Of a stretch of DNA of 64,000 nt, positions 52,801-64,000 are shown in pieces. The stretch covers positions 119,459,593 to 119,523,592 of the forward strand of contig NC_090378.1 in assembly GCF_036365525.1 (NCBI RefSeq). The letters are read 5' to 3'. Each line of letters opens with the position of its first letter. The first letter of the stretch is position 1. The DNA is from Heterodontus francisci. Lineage: Eukaryota. The position numbers were made by a program, and so were the translations under genes. Below the pieces are notes generated by a model. That model was not told the origin of the DNA. It worked only from the letters and a program-made list of their open reading frames with translations, and searched no databases.

Positions 52801-55800
52801 TATATTATATATAACTGTGGAACGTGTAAATCAAGGAGGTGGGACTGTGTCTCCATTATTATATATTATATATAACTGTGGAACGTGTCAGTCGAGGAGG
52901 TGGGACTGTGCGTCCCTGATTATATATTATATATAACTGTGGAAAGTGTCAGTCGAGGAGGTGGGACTGTGTGTCCATTATTATATATTATATATAATTG
53001 TCGGATGTGTCAGTGCGGGAGGTGGGACTGTGTGTCCATTATTATATACTATATATAACTGTGGGATGTGTCAGTGCGGGAGGTGGGACTGTGTGTCCAT
53101 TATTATATACTATATATAGCTGTGGGATGTGTCAGTGCGGGAGGTGGGACTGTGTGTCCATTATTATATATTATATATAACTGTCGGATGTGTCAGTACA
53201 GGTGGTGGGACTGTGTGTCCATTATTATATATTATATATAACTGTGGGATGTGTCAGTGCGGGAGGTGGGACTGTGTGTCCATTATTATATACTATATAT
53301 AACTGTGGGATGTGTCAGTGCGGGAGGTGGGACTGTGTGTCCATTATTATTATTATATATAACTGTGGGATGTGTCAGTGCAGGAGGTGGGACTGTGTGT
53401 CGATTATTATATATTATATATAACTGTGGGATGTGTCAGTGCAGGTGGTGGGACAGTGTGTCCATTATTATATATTATATATAACTGTGGGATGTTTCAG
53501 TGCGGGAGGTGGGACTGTGTTTCCATTATTATATATTATATATAACTGTGGAACATGTCAGTCGAGGAGGTGGGACTGTGCGTCCATTATTATATATTAT
53601 ATATAACTGTGGGATGTGTCAGTGCGGGAGGTGGGACTGTGTGTCCATTATTATATATTATATATAACTGTGGGATGTGTCAGTGCGGGAGGTGGGACTG
53701 TGTGTCCATTATTATATATTATATCTAACTGTGGGATGTGTCAGTGCGGGAGGTGGGACTGTCTGTCCATTATTATATATTATATATAACTGTGGGATGT
53801 GTCAGTGCGGGAGGTGGGACTGTCTGTCCATTATTATATATTATATATAACTGTGGAACGTGTCAGTCGAGGAGGTGGCACGGTGCGTCCATTAATATAT
53901 ATTATATATAACTGTGGGATGTGTCAGTGCAGGAGGTGGGACTGTGTGACCATTATTATATATTATATATAACTGTGGGATGTGTCAGTGCGGGAGGTGG
54001 GACTGTCTGTCCATTATTATATATTATATATAACTGTGGAACGTGTCAGTCGAGGAGGTGGCACGGTGCGTCCATTAATATATATTATATATAACTGTGG
54101 GATGTGTCAGTGCAGGAGGTGGGACTGTGTGTCCATTATTATATATTATATATAACTGTGGAACGTGTCAGTCGAGGAGGTGGCACGGTGCGTCCATTAA
54201 TATATATTATATATAACTGTGGAACGTGTCAATACAGGAGGTGGGACTGTGCGTCCATTATTAGATATTATATATAACTGTGGGATGTGTCAGTGCGGGA
54301 GGTGGGACTGTCTGTCCATTATTATATATTATATATAACTGTGGAACGTGTCAGTCGAGGAGGTGGCACGGTGCGTCCATTAATATATATTATATATAAC
54401 TGTGGGATGTGTCAGTGCAGGAGGTGGGACTGTGTGTCCATTATTATATATTATGTATAACTGTGGAACGTGTCAGTCGAGGAGGTGGGACTGTGCGTCC
54501 ATTATTAGATATTATATATAACTGTGGGATGTGTCAGTGCGGGAGGTGGGACTGTGTGTCCATTATTATATACTATATATAACTGTGGGATGTGTCAGTG
54601 CGGGAGGTGGGACTGTGTGTCCATTATTATATACTATATATAACTGTGAGATGTGTCAGTGCGGGAGGTGGGACTGTGTGTCTTTTATTATATACTATAT
54701 ATAACTGTGGGATGTGTCAGTGCGGGAGGTGGGACTGTGTGTCCATTATTATATATTATATATAACTGTGGGATGTGTCAGTGCAGGTGGTGGGACAGTG
54801 TGTCCATTATTATATATTATATATAACTGTGGGATGTTTCAGTGCGGGAGGTGGGACTGTGTTTCCATTATTATATATTATATATAACTGTGGGATGTGT
54901 CATAATGGGAGGTGGGACTGTGTTTCCATTATTATATATTATATATAACTGTGGGATGTGTCAGTGCAGGTGGTGGGACAGTGTGTCCATTATTATATAT
55001 TATATATAACTGTGGGATGTTTCAGTGCGGGAGGTGGGACTGTGTTTCCATTATTATATATTATATATAACTGTGGGATGTGTCAGTGCGGGAGGTGGGA
55101 CTGTGTGTCCATTATTATATATTATATATAACTGTGGAACGTGTCAGTCGAGGAGGTGGTACTGTGCGTCCATTATTATATATTATATATAACTGTGGGA
55201 TGTGTCAGTGCGGTAGGTGGGACTGTCTGTCCATTATTATATATTATATATAACTGTGGAACGTGTCAGTCGAGGAGGTGGCACGGTGCGTCCATTATTA
55301 TATATTATATATAACTGTGGGATGTGTCAGTGCAGGAGGTGGGACTGTGTGTCCATTATTATATATTATATATAACTGTGGAACGTGTCAGTCGAGGAGG
55401 TGGGACTGTGCGTCCATTACTATATATTATATATAACTGTGGAACGTGTAAATCAAGGAGGTGGGACTGTGTCTCCATTATTATATATTATATATAACTG
55501 TGGAACGTGTCAGTCGAGGAGGTGGGACTGTGCGTCCCTGATTATATATTATATATAACTGTGGAAAGTGTCAGTCGAGGAGGTGGGACTGTGTGTCCAT
55601 TATTATATATTATATATAATTGTCGGATGTGTCAGTGCGGGAGGTGGGACTGTGTGTCCATTATTATATACTATATATAACTGTGGGATGTGTCAGTGCG
55701 GGAGGTGGGACTGTGTGTCCATTATTATATACTATATATAACTGTGGGATGTGTCAGTGCGGGAGGTGGGACTGTGTGTCCATTATTATATATTATATAT

Positions 55801-58800
55801 AACTGTCGGATGTGTCAGTACAGGTGGTGGGACTGTGTGTCCATTATTATATATTATATATAACTGTGGGATGTGTCAGTGCGGGAGGTGGGACTGTGTG
55901 TCCATTATTATATACTATATATAACTGTGGGATGTGTCAGTGCGGGAGGTGGGACTGTGTGTCCATTATTATTATTATATATAACTGTGGGATGTGTCAG
56001 TGCAGGAGGTGGGACTGTGTGTCGATTATTATATATTATATATAACTGTGGGATGTGTCAGTGCAGGTGGTGGGACAGTGTGTCCATTATTATATATTAT
56101 ATATAACTGTGGGATGTTTCAGTGCGGGAGGTGGGACTGTGTTTCCATTATTATATATTATATATAACTGTGGAACATGTCAGTCGAGGAGGTGGGACTG
56201 TGCGTCCATTATTATATATTATATATAACTGTGGGATGTGTCAGTGCGGGAGGTGGGACTGTGTGTCCATTATTATATATTATATATAACTGTGGGATGT
56301 GTCAGTGCGGGAGGTGGGACTGTGTGTCCATTATTATATATTATATCTAACTGTGGGATGTGTCAGTGCGGGAGGTGGGACTGTCTGTCCATTATTATAT
56401 ATTATATATAACTGTGGAACGTGTCAGTCGAGGAGGTGGCACGGTGCGTCCATTAATATATATTATATATAACTGTGGGATGTGTCAGTGCAGGAGGTGG
56501 GACTGTGTGTCCATTATTATATATTATATATAACTGTGGGATGTGTCAGTGCGGGAGGTGGGACTGTCTGTCCATTATTATATATTATATATAACTGTGG
56601 AACGTGTCAGTCGAGGAGGTGGCACGGTGCGTCCATTAATATATATTATATATAACTGTGGGATGTGTCAGTGCAGGAGGTGGGACTGTGTGTCCATTAT
56701 TATATATTATATATAACTGTGGAACGTGTCAGTCGAGGAGGTGGCACGGTGCGTCCATTAATATATATTATATATAACTGTGGAACGTGTCAATACAGGA
56801 GGTGGGACTGTGCGTCCATTATTAGATATTATATATAACTGTGGGATGTGTCAGTGCGGGAGGTGGGACTGTCTGTCCATTATTATATATTATATATAAC
56901 TGTGGAACGTGTCAGTCGAGGAGGTGGCACGGTGCGTCCATTAATATATATTATATATAACTGTGGGATGTGTCAGTGCAGGAGGTGGGACTGTGTGTCC
57001 ATTATTATATATTATGTATAACTGTGGAACGTGTCAGTCGAGGAGGTGGGACTGTGCGTCCATTATTAGATATTATATATAACTGTGGGATGTGTCAGTG
57101 CGGGAGGTGGGACTGTGTGTCCATTACTATATATTATATATAACTGTGGAAAGTGTAAATCAAGGAGGTGGGACTGTGTCTCCATTATTATATATTATAT
57201 CGAACTGTGGAACGTGTCAGTCGAGGAGGTGGGACTGTGCGTCCATTATTATATATTATATATAACTGTGGAAAGTGTCAGTCGAGGAGGTGGGACTGTG
57301 TGTCCATTCTTATATATTATATATAACTGTGGGATGTGTCAGTGCGGGAGGTGGGACTGTGTGTCCATTATTATATATTATATATAACTGTGGGATGTGT
57401 CAGTACAGGAGGTGGGACTGTGTGTCCATTATTATATATTATATATAACTGTGGAACGTGTCAGTCGAGGAGGTGGGACTGTGCGTCCATTATTATATAT
57501 TATATATAACTGTGGGATGTGTCAGTTCGGGAGGTGGGACTGTGTGTCCATTATTATATATCATATATAAATGTGGGATGTGTCAGTGCAGGAGGTGGGA
57601 CTGTGTGTCCATTATTATATATTATATATAACTGTCGGATGTGTCAGTGCGGGAGGTGGGACTGTGTGTCCATTATTATATATTCTAGATAACTGTCGGA
57701 TGTGTCAGTACAGGAGGTGGGACTGTGTGTCCAATATTATGTCTTATATATAACTGTGGGATGTGTCAGTGCGGGAGGTGGGACTGTGTGTCCATGAACA
57801 TTTATTATATATAACTGTGGGATGTGTCAGTACAGGACGTGGGACTGTGAGCCCATTATTATATATTCTAGATAACAGTGGGATCTGTCAGGACAGGAGG
57901 TGGGGCTGTGTGTCCAATATTATATATTATATATAACTGTCGGATGTGTCAGTACAGGAGGTGGGACTGTGTGTCCAATATTATGTCTTATATATAACTG
58001 TGGGACGTGTCAGTCCAGGAGGTGGGACTGTGTGTCCATTATTATATATTAGATATAACTGTGGGATGTGTCAGTACAGGAGGTGGGACTGTGTGTCCAT
58101 TATTATATATTATATATAAATGTGGGATGTGTCAGTGCAGGAGGTGGGACTGTGTGTCCATTATTATATATTATATATAACTGTGGGATGTGTCAGTGCG
58201 GGAGGTGGGACTGTGTGTCCATGAACATATATTATATATAACTGTGGGATGTGTCAGTACAGGACGTGGGACTGTGAGCCCATTATTATATATTCTAGAT
58301 AACAGTGGGATGTGTCAGTACAGGGGGTGGGACTGTGTGTCCATTATTATATATTATATATAACTGTGGGATGTGTCAGTGCAGGAGGTGGGACTGTGTG
58401 TCCATTATTATATATTATATATAACTGAGGGATGTGTCAGGACAGGAGGTGGGACTGTGTGTCGATTATTATATATTATATATAACTGTGGGATGTGTCA
58501 GTACAGGAGGTGGGACTGTGTGTCCATTATTATATATTATATATAAATGTGGGATGTGTCAGTGCAGGAGGTGGGACTGTGTGTCCATTATTATATATTA
58601 TATATAACTGTGGGATGTGTCAGAGCGGGAGGTGGGATTTTGTGTCCATTATTATATATAATATATAAATGTGGGATGTGTCAGTGCAGGAGGTGGGACT
58701 GTGTGTCCATTATTATCTATTATATATAACTGTGGGATGTGTCAGTGCGGGAGGTGGGACTGTGTGTCCATTATTATATATGATATATAACTGTGGGATG

Positions 58801-61800
58801 TGTCAGTGCGGGAGGTGGGACTGTGTGTCCATTATTATATATTATATATAACTGTGGGTTGTGTCAGTAGAGGAGGTGGGACTGTGAGTCCATTATTATA
58901 TATAATATATAATTGTGGGATGTGTCAGTGCAGGAGGTGGGACTGTGTGTCCAATATTATATATTATATATAACTGTGGGATGTGTCAGTGCGGGAGGTG
59001 GGACTGTGTGTCCATTATTATATATTATATATAACTGTGGAACGTGTCAGTGTGGGAGGTGGGACTATGCGTCCATTATTATATATTATATATAACTGTG
59101 GAAAGTGTCAGTCGAGGAGGTGGGACTGTGTGTCCATTATTATATATTATATATAACTGTGGGATGTGTCAGTGCGGGAGGTGGGACTGTGTGTCCATTA
59201 TTATATATTATATATAACTGTGGGATGTGTCAGTACAGGAGGTGGGACTGTGTGTCCAATATTATGTCTTATATATAACTGTGGGACGTGTCAGTCCAGG
59301 AGGTGGGACTGTGTGTCCATTATTATATATTAGATATAACTGTGGGATGTGTCAGTACAGGAGGTGGGACTGTGTGTCCATTATTATATATTAAATATAA
59401 CTGTGGGATGTGTCAGTACAGGAGGTGGGACTGTGTGTCCATTATTATATATTATATATAAATGTGGGATGTGTCAGTGCAGGAGGTGGGACTGTGTGTC
59501 CATTATTATATATTATATATAACTGTGGGATGTGTCAGTGCGGGAGGTGGGACTGTGTGTCCATGAACATATATTATATATAACTGTGGGATGTGTCAGT
59601 ACAGGACGTGGGACTGTGAGCCCATTATTATATATTCTAGATAACAGTGGGATGTGTCAGTACAGGGGGTGGGACTGTGTGTCCATTATTATATATTATA
59701 TATAACTGTGGGATGTGTCAGTGCAGGAGGTGGGACTGTGTGTCCATTATTATATATTATATATAACTGAGGGATGTGTCAGGACAGGAGGTGGGACTGT
59801 GTGTCGATTATTATATATTATATATAACTGTGGGATGTGTCAGTACAGGAGGTGGGACTGTGTGTCCATTATTATATATTATATATAAATGTGGGATGTG
59901 TCAGTGCAGGAGGTGGGACTGTGTGTCCATTATTATATATTATATATAACTGTGGGATGTGTCAGAGCGGGAGGTGGGATTTTGTGTCCATTATTATATA
60001 TAATATATAAATGTGGGATGTGTCAGTGCAGGAGGTGGGACTGTGTGTCCATTATTATCTATTATATATAACTGTGGGATGTGTCAGTGCGGGAGGTGGG
60101 ACTGTGTGTCCATTATTATATATGATATATAACTGTGGGATGTGTCAGTGCGGGAGGTGGGACTGTGTGTCCATTATTATATATTATATATAACTGTGGG
60201 TTGTGTCAGTAGAGGAGGTGGGACTGTGAGTCCATTATTATATATAATATATAATTGTGGGATGTGTCAGTGCAGGAGGTGGGACTGTGTGTCCAATATT
60301 ATATATTATATATAACTGTGGGATGTGTCAGTGCGGGAGGTGGGACTGTGTGTCCATTATTATATATTATATATAACTGTGGAACGTGTCAGTGTGGGAG
60401 GTGGGACTATGCGTCCATTATTATATATTATATATAACTGTGGAAAGTGTCAGTCGAGGAGGTGGGACTGTGTGTCCATTATTATATATTATATATAACT
60501 GTGGGATGTGTCAGTGCGGGAGGTGGGACTGTGTGTCCATTATTATATATTATATATAACTGTGGGATGTGTCAGTACAGGAGGTGGGACTGTGTGTCCA
60601 ATATTATGTCTTATATATAACTGTGGGACGTGTCAGTCCAGGAGGTGGGACTGTGTGTCCATTATTATATATTAGATATAACTGTGGGATGTGTCAGTAC
60701 AGGAGGTGGGACTGTGTGTCCATTATTATATATTAAATATAACTGTGGGATGTGTCAGTACAGGAGGTGGGACTGTGTGTCCATTATTATATATTATATA
60801 TAAATGTGGGATGTGTCAGTGCAGGAGGTGGGACTGTGTGTCCATTATTATATATTATATATAACTGTGGGATGTGTCAGTGCGGGAGGTGGGACTGTGT
60901 GTCCATGAACATATATTATATATAACTGTGGGATGTGTCAGTACAGGACGTGGGACTGTGAGCCCATTATTATATATTCTAGATAACAGTGGGATGTGTC
61001 AGTACAGGGGGTGGGACTGTGTGTCCATTATTATTTATTATATATAACTGAGGGATGTGTCAGGACAGGAGGTGGGACTGTGTGTCCATTATTATATATT
61101 ATATATAACTGTGGGATGGGTCAGTGCGGGAGGTGGGACTGTGTGTCGATTATTATATATTATATATAACTGTGGGATGTGTCAGAGCGGGAGGTGGGAT
61201 TTTGTGTCCATTATTATATATAATATATAAATGTGGGATGTGTCAGTGCAGGAGGTGGGACTGTGTGTCCATTATTATCTATTATATATAACTGTGGGTT
61301 GTGTCAGTAGAGGAGGTGGGACTGTGTGTCCATTATTATCTATTATATATAACTGTGGGATGTGTCAGTGCGGGAGGTGGGACTGTGTATCCATTATTAT
61401 ATATTATATATAACTGTGGGTTGTGTCAGTAGAGGAGGTGGGACTGTGAGTCCATTATTATATATTATATATAATTGTGGGATGTGTCAGTGCAGGAGGT
61501 GGGACTGTGTGTCCAATATTATATATTATATATAACTGTGGGATGTGTCAGTGCGGGAGGTAGGACTGTGTGTCCAATATTATATATTATATATAACTGT
61601 GGGTTGTGTCAGTAGAGGAGGTGGGACTGTGAGTCCATTATTATATATAATATATAATTGTGGGATGTGTCAGTGCGGGAGGTGGGACTGTGTGTCCATT
61701 ATTATATATTATCTATAACTGTGGGTTGTGTCAGTAGAGGAGGTGGGACTGTGAGTCCATTATTATATATAATATATAATTGTGGGATGTGTCAGTGCGG

Positions 61801-64000
61801 GAGGTGGGACTGTGTATCCAATATTATATATTATGTATAACTGTGGGATGTGTCAGTGCAGGAGTTGGGACTGTGTGTCCAATATTATATATTATGTATA
61901 ACTGTGGGTTGTGTCAGTAGAGGAGGTGGGACTGTGAGTCCATTATTATATATAATATATAATTGTGGGATGTGTCAGTGCAGGAGGTGGGACTGTGTGT
62001 CCAATATTATATATTATATATAACTGTGGGATGTGTCAGTGCGGGAGGTGGGACTGTGTGTCCATTATTATATATTATATATAACTGTGGAACGTGTCAG
62101 TGTGGGAGGTGGGACTATGCGTCCATTATTATATATTATATATAACTGTGGAAAGTGTCAGTCGAGGAGGTGGGACTGTGTGTCCATTATTATATATTAT
62201 ATATAACTGTGGGATGTGTCAGTGCGGGAGGTGGGACTGTGTGTCCATTATTATATATTATATATAACTGTGGGATGTGTCAGTACAGGAGGTGGGACTG
62301 TGTGTCCATTATTATATATTATATATAACTGTCGAACGTGTCAGTCGAGGAGGTGGGACTGTGCGTCCAATATTATATATTATATATAACTGTGGAAAGT
62401 GTCAGTCGAGGAGGTGGGACTGTGTGTCCATTATTATATATTATATATAACTGTGGGATGTGTCAGTGCGGGAGGTGGGACTGTGTGTCCATTATTATAT
62501 ATTATATATAACTGTGGGATGTGTCAGTACAGGAGGTGGGACTGTGTGTCCATTATTATATATTATATATAACTGTCGAACGTGTCAGTCGAGGAGGTGG
62601 GACTGTGCGTCCAATATTATATATTATATATAACTGTGGGATGTGTCAGTGCGGGAGGTGGGACTGTGTGTCCATTATTATATATCATATATAAATGTGG
62701 GATGTGTCAGTACAGGAGGTGGGACTGTGTGTCCACTATTATATATTATATATAACTGTGGGATGTGTCAGTGCAGGAGGTGGGACTGTGTGTCCATTAT
62801 TATATATTATATATAACTGTGGGATGTGTCAGTCCAGGAGGTGGGACTGTGTGTCCACTATTATATATTATATATAACTGTGGGATGTGTCAGTGCAGGA
62901 GGTGGGACTGTGTGTCCATTATTATATATTATATATAACTGTCGGATGTTTCAGTGAGGGAGGTGGGACTGTGTGTCCATTATTATATATTCTAGATAAC
63001 TGTCGGATGTGTCAGTACAGGAGGTGGGACTGTGTGTCCATTATTATATATCATATATAAATGTGGGATGTGTCAGTACAGGAGGTGGGACTGTGTGTCC
63101 ATTATTATATATTATATATAACTGTGGGATGTGTCAGTGCAGGAGGTGGGACTGTGTGTCCATTATTATATATTATATATAACTGTCGGATGTGTCAGTG
63201 CGGGAGGTGGGACTGTGTGTCCATTATTATATATTCTAGATAACTGTCGGATGTGTCAGTACAGGAGGTGGGACTGTGTGTCCAATATTATGTCTTATAT
63301 ATAACTGTGGGATGTGTCAGTGCGGGAGGTGGGACTGTGTGTCCATGAACATATATTATATATAACTGTGGGATGTGTCAGTACAGGACTTGGGCCTGTG
63401 AGCCCATTATTATATATTCTAGATAACAGTGGGATCTGTCAGGACAGGAGGTGGGGCTATGTGTCCAATATTATATATTATATATAACTGTCGGATGTGT
63501 CATAATGGGAGGTGGGACTGTGTTTCCAATATTATATATTATATATAACTGTGGAACGTGTCAGTCGAGGAGGTGGGACTGTGCGTCCATTATTATATAT
63601 TATATGTAACTGTGGGATGTGTCAGTGCGGGAGGTGGGACTGTCTGTCCATTATTATATATTATATATAACTGTGGAACGTGTCAGTCGAGGAGGTGGCA
63701 CGGTGCGTCCATTATTATATATTATATATAACTGTGGGATGTGTCAGTGCAGGAGGTGGGACTGTGTGTCCATTATTATATATTATATATAACTGTGGAA
63801 CGTGTCAGTCGAGGAGGTGGGACTGTGCGTCCATTATTAGATATTATATATAACTGTGGGATGTGTCAGTGCGGGAGGTGGGACTGTGTGTCCATTACTA
63901 TATATTATATATAACTGTGGAACGTGTAAATCAAGGAGGTGGGACTGTGTCTCCATTATTATATATTATATATAACTGTGGAACGTGTCAGTCGAGGAGG
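19831..64000. repeat. 61-bp tandem satellite array, >44 kb (~720 monomers), head-to-tail, continuing past the window end
   Basis: Consensus ATAACTGTGGGATGTGTCAGT(A/G)C(A/G)GGAGGTGGGACTGTGTGTCCATTATTATATATTATAT. I saw no inversion or foreign insertion. Confidence 0.99.

Noticed and set aside
19831-64000. CRISPR-like appearance and dozens of short ORFs in the 61-bp array
   Set aside because: There are no unique spacers and no cas genes, and the context is eukaryotic. The ORFs are frame read-throughs of the monomer.
2966-64000. Tandem arrays as class-switch (S) regions
   Set aside because: Light-chain loci do not class switch, and the arrays are not rich in AGCT/WGCW motifs.

Overview
Repeat-rich vertebrate DNA, almost certainly from a cartilaginous fish (shark). 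The only intact host gene parts are an immunoglobulin kappa-type (shark type III/NS4-like) light-chain J-C unit on the minus strand. It comprises one J segment (16770-16736, FTFGKGTKLRL) with a 23-bp-spacer RSS (16771-16809), a 7.7-kb intron filled with nested transposons, an intact constant exon (9053-8725) and a poly(A) signal (8227-8222). I found no V segment in the 47 kb upstream of J. That interval holds CT microsatellites, a 178-N assembly gap, TE fragments and a 61-bp tandem satellite of about 720 copies (about 19.83 kb to the window end) with several higher-order duplications. Downstream of C lie a 45-bp minisatellite split by CR1 LINE ends, a hAT-like element and a decayed Gypsy LTR retrotransposon. 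Nearly all ORFs in the supplied track are repeat or TE artefacts. I cannot demonstrate a new biological system. The best leads are the V-less J-C cluster, its non-consensus nonamer, and the RSS-heptamer-like motifs in the satellite, which face the J-RSS.
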